DNA from: Trueperaceae bacterium
Lineage (GTDB): Bacteria; Deinococcota; Deinococci; Deinococcales; Trueperaceae
Length of the DNA: 64,000 nt
NCBI GenBank assembly: GCA_965213705.1
Contig: OZ243913.1
Span: 2,496,001 to 2,560,000 of the forward strand
Direction of reading: 5' to 3'
The notes beneath the pieces were generated by a model that was not told where the DNA came from, did not search any database, and saw only the letters and a program-made list of their open reading frames with translations. Positions 1 to 9,125 of the stretch are shown here, piece by piece; position 1 is the first letter of the stretch; each line of letters starts with the position of its first letter. The position numbers and the translations under genes were made by a program.

Positions 1-216
1 GAACAGGAAAAACAAACCGCCCAAGAGATGATTGACATTGTCAATCACTCGGGGCGCTGGCCCAACCCCGTCGTGACGACGTTGGAGCCTTTTACCCAGT
101 TTTGGCCCGCGGAGGACTATCACCAGGACTACCTCGTTAAGAATGTCGGGGGCTACACCTGTCATAGAATTTACTTCGACAGTTACCTCCACCCTGAAGG
201 GCGTTTGGGGAAATAG
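1..216 (+). CDS. msrA: peptide-methionine (S)-S-oxide reductase, 3' part (truncated by window start)
   Basis: [19 protein letters not shown]-terminal MsrA signature; frame is open from base 1. Confidence 0.9.
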   Translation, partial: EQEKQTAQEMIDIVNHSGRWPNPVVTTLEPFTQFWPAEDYHQDYLVKNVGGYTCHRIYFDSYLHPEGRLGK

Positions 217-613
217 CGGCGTCGAAAACGAACCTTCAAGAGCGAGCACGAGGTTGAGCACCTCGTGCTTGCCGTGACGACGTGTCGGGACGTGTGACAA
301 AAGCCTGGCCCTGCTCCGGCCACGGCGTTTCTCCATCTTTCGAGGGCCGCCTTCCCGACAGCTTTTACAGCGGATTTGTAAGTCGTGAAAGATTTTGACG
401 CCTTAGCGAAGCGGACTCGAGAAGCCGACCCGCTCGGTCGTCTCAACGTGAAAACGCCGTGACGACCGCCGACAAAGCGTTCACAGCTGCGCGGTCCCTG
501 CCGAACGCCTCGCAAAGAAAAGTTTTTTGCCAAGCAACTTTTCCTAAGAAGGCCCACAGTTCCTACCCCCGGGCGGACCTATACTGACCGGGTTAGCTCG
601 AGAGGGGACAGTT

Positions 614-1741
614 ATGCAGCAAAAACCAGTTCGTGAACAAGTTATCGTCATCACCGGGGCCAGCAGCGGCGTCGGCCGCGCAACCGCCGAGATGGCTGCA
701 CGGCAGGGCGCGCGCGTGGTGCTCGCAGCGCGCAGCGAGGACGCGTTGCGCGACATCGCTGACGGCATCACCGCGGCGGGCGGCGTCGCGAGTTACGTCG
801 TCACGGACGTTTCAAACGAAGAAGAGGTCAAGCGGTTGTCTCGAGAGGCCATCGCCACCTACGGCAGCTACGACACCTGGGTCAACAACGCGGGCGTGTC
901 GATTTACGGCCGTTTGGAAGAGGTCACCACCGCCGACAGCCGCCAACTGTTCGAGACCAACTTTTGGGGCACCGTCTACGGCTCGCTCGCGGCGGCCGAA
1001 CACCTCAAAACCTACGGCGGCACCATCGTCAACGTCGGGAGTACCTTGTCCGAACGGGCGATTTTGATGCAGGGGATGTACTCGGCCTCCAAACACGCCG
1101 TCAAGGGCTTTACCGAGGCGTTGCGGATGGAGTTGGAACTCGAGGACGCGCCCGTCTGGGTCGCGCTCGTCAAACCCGCCGCCCTCGACACGCCCTACCC
1201 TCAGCACGCCAAAAACTACATGGACAAAGAAGCCAACCTGCCCGCGCCCGTCTACCACCCGGACTTAGCCGCCGAGACCATCCTCCACTGCGCCACGCAC
1301 CGGCAGCGCGAGATGTTCGTGGGCGGCGCGGGCGGTGCTGGTATCGCCGCGATGGGCAACGCCGCGCCGCGACTCACCGACAAGTACATGGAAGCCAACA
1401 TGGTTGAGGCGCAACAGGGCGACATGCCTCCTTCCGACGAGGACGGCCTTTACACCGCGAGCGGCGGCGGCGGCGTGCGCGGATACAACCGCCCCGGCGT
1501 GCGCAAGACGAGCCTGTACACCCAGGCCCAAACGCGGCCCGCCGTAGCGGGGTCGGTCGCGGGGGCACTCGTCGCGGTCGGCGCAGGCCTACTCGCCTGG
1601 CGAATGCTCAGCGGTGAAAACAAGACCGACGCCAACGCGCGCCGCTTCGACCCCGCCCTGCCCGCGCCACGCACCGCGACCAGGGGCATGGACTACCGCA
1701 GCGCTCCGGGCGGCGAGTTCCATACACGCGAAACAGAATGA
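614..1741 (+). CDS. SDR family oxidoreductase with C-terminal hydrophobic tail
   Basis: TGASSGVG, NNAG and YSASK motifs; GAGGGG SD upstream. Confidence 0.92.
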   Translation: MQQKPVREQVIVITGASSGVGRATAEMAARQGARVVLAARSEDALRDIADGITAAGGVASYVVTDVSNEEEVKRLSREAIATYGSYDTWVNNAGVSIYGRLEEVTTADSRQLFETNFWGTVYGSLAAAEHLKTYGGTIVNVGSTLSERAILMQGMYSASKHAVKGFTEALRMELELEDAPVWVALVKPAALDTPYPQHAKNYMDKEANLPAPVYHPDLAAETILHCATHRQREMFVGGAGGAGIAAMGNAAPRLTDKYMEANMVEAQQGDMPPSDEDGLYTASGGGGVRGYNRPGVRKTSLYTQAQTRPAVAGSVAGALVAVGAGLLAWRMLSGENKTDANARRFDPALPAPRTATRGMDYRSAPGGEFHTRETE

Positions 1742-1922
1742 GGGTCGCCGCCAGCCGAGCTATAGCGCCAAAAACAAGCCGACGCCGAGCAGGACCAGTC
1801 CCGCCGTGAGCGAGGCGAAGCCGAGGTAAGCGAGGTTGATGAATGCGTTTGGCTTAGCGGCGGGTACGGCCACCGAGAAGAACGTATTCGGCACGAGAAC
1901 GGTCGCGCCGACGGTCAGGTCA

Positions 1923-2363
1923 TCAGGACGTTAAAACCAGTGAGGCACCTCGAGCCCCCACCCACGCCCGCAGCCCAAGATAAGCCAAAAACCCGACCGG
2001 GCCGAGCAGCAGCACCAAGAACAGCAGCGGCGACACGGCCCACGGCGACAACCCGCGCTTTTGAGCGTCCAGGTACACCCAACGCCCGACGAACAGGTCG
2101 AAGGCCAAAAAGTGGACCCAAGCGACGGTGACGGCGGCGGGTGCGGAGAACAGCGTCATCACTTTGGGCAAGTCGGGGCTGAGGACGATTTCCAGGACGG
2201 GCTCGAGTTGCGGCAGTACGAGCGCGAGGTAAAGAGCAGCGGCGGGCGCGGCAATCCAGGGCGAGCCGATAATGCGTTGGGTGACGCGCCAACCCGGCGC
2301 GAGCGTCATCAAGAACCAAAACGGCGCGACGAGGAGAAAGCTGAGCGAGAACACCTGCGTCAT
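1923..2363 (-). CDS. ABA4-like (DUF4281) membrane protein
   Basis: WVHFLAFDLFVGRW and LLGPVG motifs; start placed at MTQVF. Confidence 0.85.
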   Translation of the reverse strand: MTQVFSLSFLLVAPFWFLMTLAPGWRVTQRIIGSPWIAAPAAALYLALVLPQLEPVLEIVLSPDLPKVMTLFSAPAAVTVAWVHFLAFDLFVGRWVYLDAQKRGLSPWAVSPLLFLVLLLGPVGFLAYLGLRAWVGARGASLVLTS

Positions 2364-2457
2364 GATGCGACCTGCGGAACGAGCGTTTGCCGGAAAAACA
2401 GGGCCGTTCCGGCGGGGTTGCCGCTGCGCAAGCGGCAACGAGTTATCGACGGGCAGG

Positions 2458-3468
2458 TCATGACACGCTCGCCCGAGGTGCGGGACGGGCTCGAGTCACC
2501 CACCAGGCGCTGATCGAGACAGCAGCCAGCAAAACGGCGAACACGCTCAAAGTCAGCGCGTCCGGCGCGACGAGCGGTTGCGCGCGCAGGGCTTGCCAGG
2601 TGACGAGCAGCACCAGCCCCAAGTAACCCGCCGCCGCCGTGACGACGAGCCCTGTCTTTTGTCCCGCGCTCCACCTGCGGCGGCGCGCGACGAGCAAGCC
2701 GAAAAACGGCAGCACCTGCAGCGCGTGCATCCCCACGAAATGCCCGACGCGCAGGTCACCCCCGCGCGTGCTCCAACCGACGACCGGCAAGCCGGGTCCG
2801 CCGTCTACCAAATCACCGCCCGCTGGCCCGACCGTGTGCGCCCCGGCGACGGTGACGGCTGCGCCCGCTTGCCAGCCCGCGAGCTGTTGCGCGGTCGGCA
2901 GCGTCATCAAAAAGCCCAAACCCATGCCGATGATGGTGATGACGAGCCCAAGGCGCAACGACCACGCAAAAGCGCGGTTCTCAAAACGCTGCAACAGCAG
3001 CAGCGCCGCCACCACGAAGTTCGTTCCCCAGAGAACCATGATAGCCGTGCCCATCAGCGACCACAGCGCCATGTCGAACGGGGTCGCCACGTTGAAGTGG
3101 CTCGTCGTGCCGCGCATCACCTGGAGCGTAATCGGCACCATCTCGGCAACGAAGGTGCCCGCGATGGTCCAGCCCGCCACCCCCACGAGCCGCCGTTTCC
3201 AAACGCGGTCGGTCGCCACAAAACCGAGCAGCCACACCATCGTGAGGGAGTAAAGCGTGATGGACACGCCGAACTTTGCCGGTTTGAGCCAAGCGGGCGC
3301 GCCCGTAATGGTGCGCGGGTCGGCGAAAATGCCGACGACAAAAAAGAGGGTAAGGAAAAGCGTCAGACCGCCGAAAAGAGTCAGGCCTGAATGCGTACGC
3401 CATAACTTTTGCAGGACCCCGACGGGGTCGCGAGCGGGTGAGTTCGGCCTCGAGCTGAGTAGCGCCAT
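2458..3468 (-). CDS. multi-pass membrane protein of the type found next to ABA4-like genes
   Basis: WLKPAKF, SHFN and GGDLRVGHFVGMHALQ motifs; AAGGAG SD. Confidence 0.8.
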   Translation of the reverse strand: MALLSSRPNSPARDPVGVLQKLWRTHSGLTLFGGLTLFLTLFFVVGIFADPRTITGAPAWLKPAKFGVSITLYSLTMVWLLGFVATDRVWKRRLVGVAGWTIAGTFVAEMVPITLQVMRGTTSHFNVATPFDMALWSLMGTAIMVLWGTNFVVAALLLLQRFENRAFAWSLRLGLVITIIGMGLGFLMTLPTAQQLAGWQAGAAVTVAGAHTVGPAGGDLVDGGPGLPVVGWSTRGGDLRVGHFVGMHALQVLPFFGLLVARRRRWSAGQKTGLVVTAAAGYLGLVLLVTWQALRAQPLVAPDALTLSVFAVLLAAVSISAWWVTRARPAPRASVS

Positions 3469-3547
3469 GATGTTCTCCTTCGTCTTGGTGGTTCTGAGAG
3501 GGCTTGGGGTTGAGTCGCGGTCCGCTGTAAGTTTTATACATACTTTT

Positions 3548-3564
3548 ACTTAACACTGTTAATT
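3548..3564. promoter_or_regulatory. putative TetR operator (copy 2)
   Basis: ACTTAACAcTGTTAAtT, near-identical to the palindrome at 4250-4266. Confidence 0.75.
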
Positions 3565-3593
3565 TTTCGAGAAAAATACAGACGTTCACCTCC

Positions 3594-4235
3594 TTAAACC
3601 TTCATGCCTTCGGTGATGCTCGTCTGGTACAGCTCGAGAATCGCGTATGCCGCTGCCTCGTCTATGTAAGGCGTGCTGATGGCGAGAGCGACGACGCCGT
3701 GGACGTTCGCCCAGGCCATGTTCGCGTAGGTTCGCAGGTCGCCGGGTTTGATAACGCCTGCGTCCAGACAGTCCTGCAAAACCCGCGTGAGCACACCGAA
3801 CGAGTCGATAACGGACTCGTACCCCGGCGGTGCGTCCCGCTCCAAAAACTCGCCGCGCTGCATAAACATCAGGCGGTAGTTGACCGGGTTCTCGAGACCG
3901 AACTCGACGTACGCCCGGCCTATCGCGCCGAAGCGCTCTAGCGGCGTCTCGGCACCGTCGTAAGCCGCCTGCAACATCTCCCCGAACTTGACAAAGCCTT
4001 CCATCACCGTGTGGAACAGCAGGTCGTCTTTGTCGTCGAAGTAGAGGTAAATCGTCGTCGGCGAGTAGCCAATCGCCTCGGCGACTTGCCGCAGCGAGAA
4101 GTTCTCGAAGCCGTGCTCCTGAAACAAAGCCACCGCTGCGTCCAGGATGGCGCGGCGCGTTTCGGCTTTGCCCTGTTCGCGGCGTTTGGCGCTGCCTTGT
4201 TTGAGGCGCTGGGCTCGAGTAGACTCTGTTTTCAT
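3594..4235 (-). CDS. TetR/AcrR family transcriptional regulator
   Basis: N-terminal HTH ILDAA..LF...G....SLRQVAEAIGYSPTTIYLYF..KDDL. Confidence 0.95.
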   Translation of the reverse strand: MKTESTRAQRLKQGSAKRREQGKAETRRAILDAAVALFQEHGFENFSLRQVAEAIGYSPTTIYLYFDDKDDLLFHTVMEGFVKFGEMLQAAYDGAETPLERFGAIGRAYVEFGLENPVNYRLMFMQRGEFLERDAPPGYESVIDSFGVLTRVLQDCLDAGVIKPGDLRTYANMAWANVHGVVALAISTPYIDEAAAYAILELYQTSITEGMKV

Positions 4236-4249
4236 TACGGACTTATTTT

Positions 4250-4266
4250 ACTTAACAGTGTTAAGT
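4250..4266. promoter_or_regulatory. putative TetR operator (copy 1, autoregulatory)
   Basis: Perfect 8-1-8 palindrome ACTTAACA-G-TGTTAAGT abutting the TAAAAT -10 of tetR. Confidence 0.8.
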
Positions 4267-4366
4267 TTGTCAAGGTCTTGTGGGGACGCCGCCTCAGAGC
4301 CTCGCGGTAAGGGCTCGACTCAGGACTACCGCGAAACTACCCAGCATACAAACATACAAAGCAGTT

Positions 4367-4446
4367 CGTCGTTGCGAGCGCAGCGTGGCAACCTCGAGCG
4401 GCGAGGTTTGCCTAACGGTGCTTTTAAGTGAGATTACCTTGCTGCT
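4367..4446. repeat. degenerate palindromic element (GTCATTGCGAG..GTGGCAATC..GAGATTGC type)
   Basis: cgtcgttgcgagcgcagcgtggcaacctc ... gagattaccttgctgc resembles a widespread REP/RPE-like hairpin. Confidence 0.4.
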
Positions 4447-4595
4447 TCCGCCCTTTCGTAAGGAACACCTAGTTGACAGCAGCCCTTCAGCCCGGCTCGA
4501 GCCCAAAAAGACTCGGCGGCTGCGTGTGGTAAAGTAAACCGCTTCACAGAGCGGGTGAGTTTCGAAGATTTACAGTTCAGAAAGGACGTAACAGT

Positions 4596-5333
4596 ATGTG
4601 GCCGTTTGGCAAATCGACCGAAAAACGTCTCGAGGACGCCCTCAAAGACCAGGAAAAGACCGCCTCGCTCGGCTTGAACGTCGACGTCAAAAAGAAGACG
4701 GCGGTCGTCTCGGGGCAAGTTCCCAACGAGCACTACAGAAACCTCATCGAAGTCATTGCCGAGGGCATCAACGGAATCGAACAGGTGGACCTGAGCGGCG
4801 TCACCGTCGACGCGAGCAGGTCGCCGACGAGCAGCGCGCAAGACCTGCCCAAGACGACCCCGGCCATGACGGCGGAGGACCCCGCCCCGCTGGAGGACTC
4901 GAGCGCCAAGGCGAAAGCTGCGCTTGAAAAAATCAAGGCTGAGAGCAGCCTCGCCAACAACCCGCTCGACGTGTTGCAAAAGGGCTCAACCGTCGTGCTT
5001 CGCGGCGCGGTCGACTCGCAAGCCGAGTTCGACAAGGCCAAGGCGCTTGCTGGCAGCGTCGAAGGCGTCACGAGCGTCGACACGAGCGGCTTGCAAATCA
5101 TCCAACACGCTTCACAGCTCAACACCACCGACGACGACGGCGACATCATCTACACGGTCGAGTCGGGCGACACCCTGTCGCACGTTGCGCTGCACTACTA
5201 CGGCGACGCGGGCAAGGGTTCCTACATGAAAATTGCCGAGGCGAACGGGCTCGCCGACCCGAACAAGATTCAGGTCGGGCAGCAGCTCAAGATTCCGGGG
5301 ACGACGAAGGGTCCCGAGACGCACCTGGCGTAA
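4596..5333 (+). CDS. BON + LysM domain protein (Kbp/YgaU-like architecture)
   Basis: Two BON-like repeats; C-terminal YTVESGDTLS..A..YYG..Y.KIAEAN..DPNKIQVGQQLKIP. Confidence 0.9.
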   Translation: MWPFGKSTEKRLEDALKDQEKTASLGLNVDVKKKTAVVSGQVPNEHYRNLIEVIAEGINGIEQVDLSGVTVDASRSPTSSAQDLPKTTPAMTAEDPAPLEDSSAKAKAALEKIKAESSLANNPLDVLQKGSTVVLRGAVDSQAEFDKAKALAGSVEGVTSVDTSGLQIIQHASQLNTTDDDGDIIYTVESGDTLSHVALHYYGDAGKGSYMKIAEANGLADPNKIQVGQQLKIPGTTKGPETHLA

Positions 5334-5351
5334 AAAACCGTGACGGCAAAC

Positions 5352-5380
5352 GTAGGGGCGGGTTTTAAACCCGCCCCTAC
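5352..5380. repeat. GTAG-family REP palindrome / bidirectional terminator
   Basis: GTAGGGGCGGGTTT-T-AAACCCGCCCCTAC perfect inverted repeat between convergent genes. Confidence 0.75.
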
Positions 5381-5392
5381 CCTATTCCAGGT

Positions 5393-6781
5393 TCAGTGCT
5401 GTTTGGCGGCTTCTTTGATGGCGTGCGCCGAAAACCCAAACTGCGGCAGGTGCGTCTCCCCTACCCCGCTCAGAATCGTCTCGACGAGTTCGGCGAGGTT
5501 CGTGCCGCCAACCCCGACGGCCATGCCGAGGTCGCGCCGCAGGTCGTCGAGCGTGCGGTCGTCGAGCAGCGTTTCGGTGCCGTACTTCAGGACGTTGGGC
5601 GACACCAGCAACAGGTCGGCCTCGCCGGGTTCGATTTGGGTGAGGAAATCGCGGCCCGCCAGCAGCCCTGCCACCGTCGTCACCTCGCCGAAGGTGCGGT
5701 TTTGCAGGGCGCGCACTTCCAGCTCGAGCCCCGCAACCCTCCTCAGGGGTGCGACCGCTTTTTCCAACACCGGCGCGAACAGCTTGCCGGTCGCCAGCAG
5801 GACTTTTTTCGGTTTGGGCAGGCGTTGCGGCAACTGCGGCACGCCTTCGCTTAAAAAGTCTCGCACCATGCCGACACCGTTCTCGAGCATCGGATAGCCC
5901 TCGTAGTAGGCGTCGTCGGGGAAGGGTTTGCCTGCGAGGATGTAAAACTCATCGGACAAGAACACAAACCGCGTGCCCTTTTCGTCAAGCATCCGTTCCT
6001 GAAACGCGTGAACCCGCCGGATGACGTCTCTCGCTTGCTCGGGTGTAAACGGTTTCAGGTCGGGCAGGTTGACGCGGTGCTCGGTCAGGCCGACCGGGAC
6101 GCAGGCCACGGCGAGCACGTTCGGGTAGTCGGCGAGCGCCTCTAAAGACTCGCTCAGGGTGTCGCCGTCGTTGCGGCCGGGCAGCACGACCATTTGGGTG
6201 TAGAGGTCGATGGGCTCGAGCCGCCGCAGCATGGTTTCAACCTGCGTCGCGGCCTCGCTTTTAACCTTGAGCCGCCACCACTTCATCATGTCTTGCCTCA
6301 GCGCCTGGTCCGTGGTGTGGACCGAGACGTAGAGCGGGCTTAAATTCTCGTCCAAGATGCGCGCCACGTCCCCTTCGGTGAGGTTGGTCAGCGTGACGAA
6401 CGAGCCGTACAAAAACGAGGTGCGAAAGTCGTCGTCCATCGTGTAGAGGCTTTTGCGGAAGCCCTTGGGCATCTGGTGGACGTAGCAAAACTCGCATTTG
6501 TTGGCGCACAGGCGTATGCCGTCGAAGATGACCTCGTCGAAGTCCAGACCGGGGTCGTCCCAGCGCACCGTAAAGCGCACTTCGTCGCCGAGCAAGGGGT
6601 CCCGCGCGACAAGCTCAGCAACCCCAACCGCCAGCTCACGGCGGTACGCGAGGATGTCCGGAACCTGCACGCCGTTGACGGTGACGAGTTCCCAACCCGC
6701 GCGCACGCCCGCCACGTGGGCAGGCGAGTCCGCGCGCACGCTCGAGACAGGGACGGTGTAGGGTTTGGCGGCGACCGGCAT
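5393..6781 (-). CDS. PDZ + radical SAM DUF512 family protein
   Basis: CANKCEFC motif, QMPKG.R.SLY..DDD.R.SFLYG, LENGVG. Confidence 0.9.
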   Translation of the reverse strand: MPVAAKPYTVPVSSVRADSPAHVAGVRAGWELVTVNGVQVPDILAYRRELAVGVAELVARDPLLGDEVRFTVRWDDPGLDFDEVIFDGIRLCANKCEFCYVHQMPKGFRKSLYTMDDDFRTSFLYGSFVTLTNLTEGDVARILDENLSPLYVSVHTTDQALRQDMMKWWRLKVKSEAATQVETMLRRLEPIDLYTQMVVLPGRNDGDTLSESLEALADYPNVLAVACVPVGLTEHRVNLPDLKPFTPEQARDVIRRVHAFQERMLDEKGTRFVFLSDEFYILAGKPFPDDAYYEGYPMLENGVGMVRDFLSEGVPQLPQRLPKPKKVLLATGKLFAPVLEKAVAPLRRVAGLELEVRALQNRTFGEVTTVAGLLAGRDFLTQIEPGEADLLLVSPNVLKYGTETLLDDRTLDDLRRDLGMAVGVGGTNLAELVETILSGVGETHLPQFGFSAHAIKEAAKQH

Positions 6782-6836
6782 AAACACGAGAGTGTAGCAG
6801 ACGTGCCGCCACGCGAGCGGGGTCTCGGGAACATAG

Positions 6837-6912
6837 GAGTACCGAGGACCGAGTGAAAAGTACCGAGTAAAAGTTTTTTGGTACTTTCTCCCGTCGCTTG
6901 TCCCGTCGCTTG
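6837..6912. repeat. short-unit intergenic repeat (ACCGAG family) plus a 12-bp tandem duplication
   Basis: accgaggaccgagtgaa is shared exactly with 54703-54719; tcccgtcgcttg occurs twice in tandem. Confidence 0.6.
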
Positions 6913-6938
6913 ACCATGAAGCGTAACCTTGGGCGACT

Positions 6939-7406
6939 TCAAAGACTGTCCCCGTCCGTTTCGCGGCGTTGCAAACCGCGTTTGGTAGGGGGCACGAAAA
7001 AGCCGTGGACCGGGGCCAGGGACTCGAAACTCACCCAGTCGCCGGGGGCGATTTCTTCGGGCACTTCGAACAGGGTGACGACCATCGGCACGCCCGCGTC
7101 TATGATGACCGCTTGGGGTTCGCGCTCCAACACCCGCCCCGTCGCGCGCAAGCGGCCGAGCCCGGCCGTCGCCAAACTTTTTTGGGTTTCGTCGGCTTGC
7201 GTCAAGCTGTCGGTCGTCGGGTTGAGGATGAGTTGCGCCGTGCCGGGCTGCGCGGCGTAGGGGTTGGTGCGTTCCAGCACCTGCAGCACGGTCTCACCCA
7301 CGACGCACTCGAGCAGCGGACTTCCCTCGGGGCGGGCCAACACCTCGACGGTTGCGGCGTAGGTTTTAAAGCGCATGACGAAACTCTCGACCGACTCTTC
7401 CAACAT
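6939..7406 (-). CDS. conserved hypothetical protein
   Basis: TAGACT 7 nt before ATG; coding-like composition; resembles Deinococcus-Thermus hypotheticals. Confidence 0.7.
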   Translation of the reverse strand: MLEESVESFVMRFKTYAATVEVLARPEGSPLLECVVGETVLQVLERTNPYAAQPGTAQLILNPTTDSLTQADETQKSLATAGLGRLRATGRVLEREPQAVIIDAGVPMVVTLFEVPEEIAPGDWVSFESLAPVHGFFVPPTKRGLQRRETDGDSL

Positions 7407-7632
7407 GGTGTCCAGTCTACCGCGCGCTTTGCCCGCACGCCTAACCTTGCCGCCCAACCTCGCACCCAACGCCGTGCGGGCGGAGGCCTGTGCTAGACTT
7501 TGGAGTGTGTCGCGGCTTCACCCCAAGCGTGTGCTGCAAACGTAAGAGGTTCGCGTCGTCGACAAGGGCGCGCCGGACCTCTGCGCTGGGTTACCGGCGC
7601 TGAGCTGTCGGCGCCGAGTCAACGGAGGATAG

Positions 7633-8346
7633 ATGCTCGAAAAACTTTCCAGTGTGCAAGACAAAGACTTAGAACTCGACGCGCTTCAAGCCGAGAAAAG
7701 CCAAACTCCCCAAGAACTGCTCGACACCGAAGTCAAGCGTGAAAGTTTAGAGCGTAAACTTGCCGACAAACGCGCCGCGCTCGCCGAGGTGCGCAAAGAG
7801 ATTCGCGCCAACGAAATGGAACTGAGCAGTTTGCAAGCGCGCCGCAAGTCGGCGACCGAGTCGGCGCTGATGGCGACGAGCACCAAAGAAGCTTCCCAGT
7901 ATCAGAACCAGGAACTGCAGTTCGCCACCCGCGTCGAGGAACTGGAAAGCGACACGCTGCCCGTGATGGAACGCGCTGAGACCTTACAAACCGAGGTCGA
8001 GGCCCTCGAGGCTGAACTCGGCGAGGTCGAGCCGCTGTTGCAGAGCCTCAACGACCAAGAAATCATGCGCGTCAGCGCGATTGACGACGCAGTGAGTGCG
8101 CTGGCGGGCGAACGCGACGCACTGACCGAGGGCATCGACAAAACGCTCCTCAAACAGTACGAACACGTGCGCCGCTCGAAGCGCGGCATCGGCTTGGCGG
8201 CCATCGTCGACGGCGCGCGCTGCAGCGGCTGCAACGTGCGCTTGCCGCTCCACGTCGTCCAGAAAGTCAAGGCGGGCAAGGGTGTGACGCGCTGCCCGAG
8301 TTGCGGACGAATCCTGTGGTTTGCGAGCGAGCCGACACCTTCTTGA
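7633..8346 (+). CDS. coiled-coil + C4 zinc-ribbon protein (DUF164 type)
   Basis: Long coiled coil followed by CSGC...CPSCGRIL; GGAGG SD. Confidence 0.92.
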   Translation: MLEKLSSVQDKDLELDALQAEKSQTPQELLDTEVKRESLERKLADKRAALAEVRKEIRANEMELSSLQARRKSATESALMATSTKEASQYQNQELQFATRVEELESDTLPVMERAETLQTEVEALEAELGEVEPLLQSLNDQEIMRVSAIDDAVSALAGERDALTEGIDKTLLKQYEHVRRSKRGIGLAAIVDGARCSGCNVRLPLHVVQKVKAGKGVTRCPSCGRILWFASEPTPS

Positions 8347-8379
8347 AAGCCGGCTCGGAACTCGCGTACGAATTCAGTT

Positions 8380-8664
8380 TTGAAAAAGGTCGGCCTGGAG
8401 GCTTTCGGTGAAGCCGGCGGCGTTGTCGTCATCGTCCAGGACCACGGCGACGGTTTCGACGCTGCAGGGGCACTGAACTCGCAAGGCAAATGTTTGAACT
8501 CGCAAGGCAAAGGTTTCGGGCTCGCCACCTTGCGCCAACGTCTGCAGCTTCTGGGCGGTAGCTTGGACCTCATTTCCGTTCCGGGCGACGGCACCCGCGT
8601 CACGGTCACGCTGCCCAGCGAAACCTTACAAGAACCGGATAAGGTCCCAGCGAAGTTCAGGTAA
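8380..8664 (+). pseudogene. histidine kinase HATPase_c C-terminal remnant
   Basis: VQDHGDGFD, GFGL..LRQR..LLGG, S.PGDGTRV boxes only; no H-box or N-box. Confidence 0.75.
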
Positions 8665-8678
8665 CGAAAGGGGGGCTC

Positions 8679-9116
8679 ATCATCGAACACACACTCTTCA
8701 TTGTCGAGGACCACGCGGTGCTGCGCTCGGCGCTGCTCGAGCTGTTCTCCGGCCCAAAGTGGCGCGTGCTCGGCGTGGCGGCGTCGGCGGAAGACGCGCT
8801 GCAAACCCTACCCGCTGTCGACCCCGACCTCGTTTTGGTCGACGTGTCGCTGCCCGGCATGAGCGGGTTGAAATTTGTTGAGCGTCTGTGCGTGCAGCGT
8901 CCGGGTGTAAAAACCTTGATGGTCTCGGGGCACAGCGAAACGCTTTACGCGCGCGCCGCACTTGCCGGGGGCGCGCGCGGGTTCGTCACCAAGGACGACC
9001 CCGACCAACTGCTCCACGCGGCGCAAACCGTCCTGAACGGCAAAACTTTCTTGAGCGAACGTTTGCAAGCGGCCCTGGACGGACCCGACAGACTGGAACC
9101 TGTCAACCAACCCTGA
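8679..9116 (+). CDS. stand-alone NarL-type receiver-domain response regulator (probable ATC start)
   Basis: IVEDH acidic pocket lies upstream of the GTG at 8718; VLVDVSLP; GFVTK; in-frame stop at 8640. Confidence 0.75.
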   Translation: MIEHTLFIVEDHAVLRSALLELFSGPKWRVLGVAASAEDALQTLPAVDPDLVLVDVSLPGMSGLKFVERLCVQRPGVKTLMVSGHSETLYARAALAGGARGFVTKDDPDQLLHAAQTVLNGKTFLSERLQAALDGPDRLEPVNQP

Positions 9117-9125
9117 GACAGGGGT

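Noticed and set aside
1760..1894. 44-aa hydrophobic ORF downstream of the ABA4-like gene (minus strand)
   Set aside because: No SD or -10 box and very short; may be a gene remnant but cannot be supported
7500..7630. Structured leader or RNase P RNA near the zinc-ribbon gene
   Set aside because: Only one GC-rich hairpin; no rnpB or riboswitch consensus recognised
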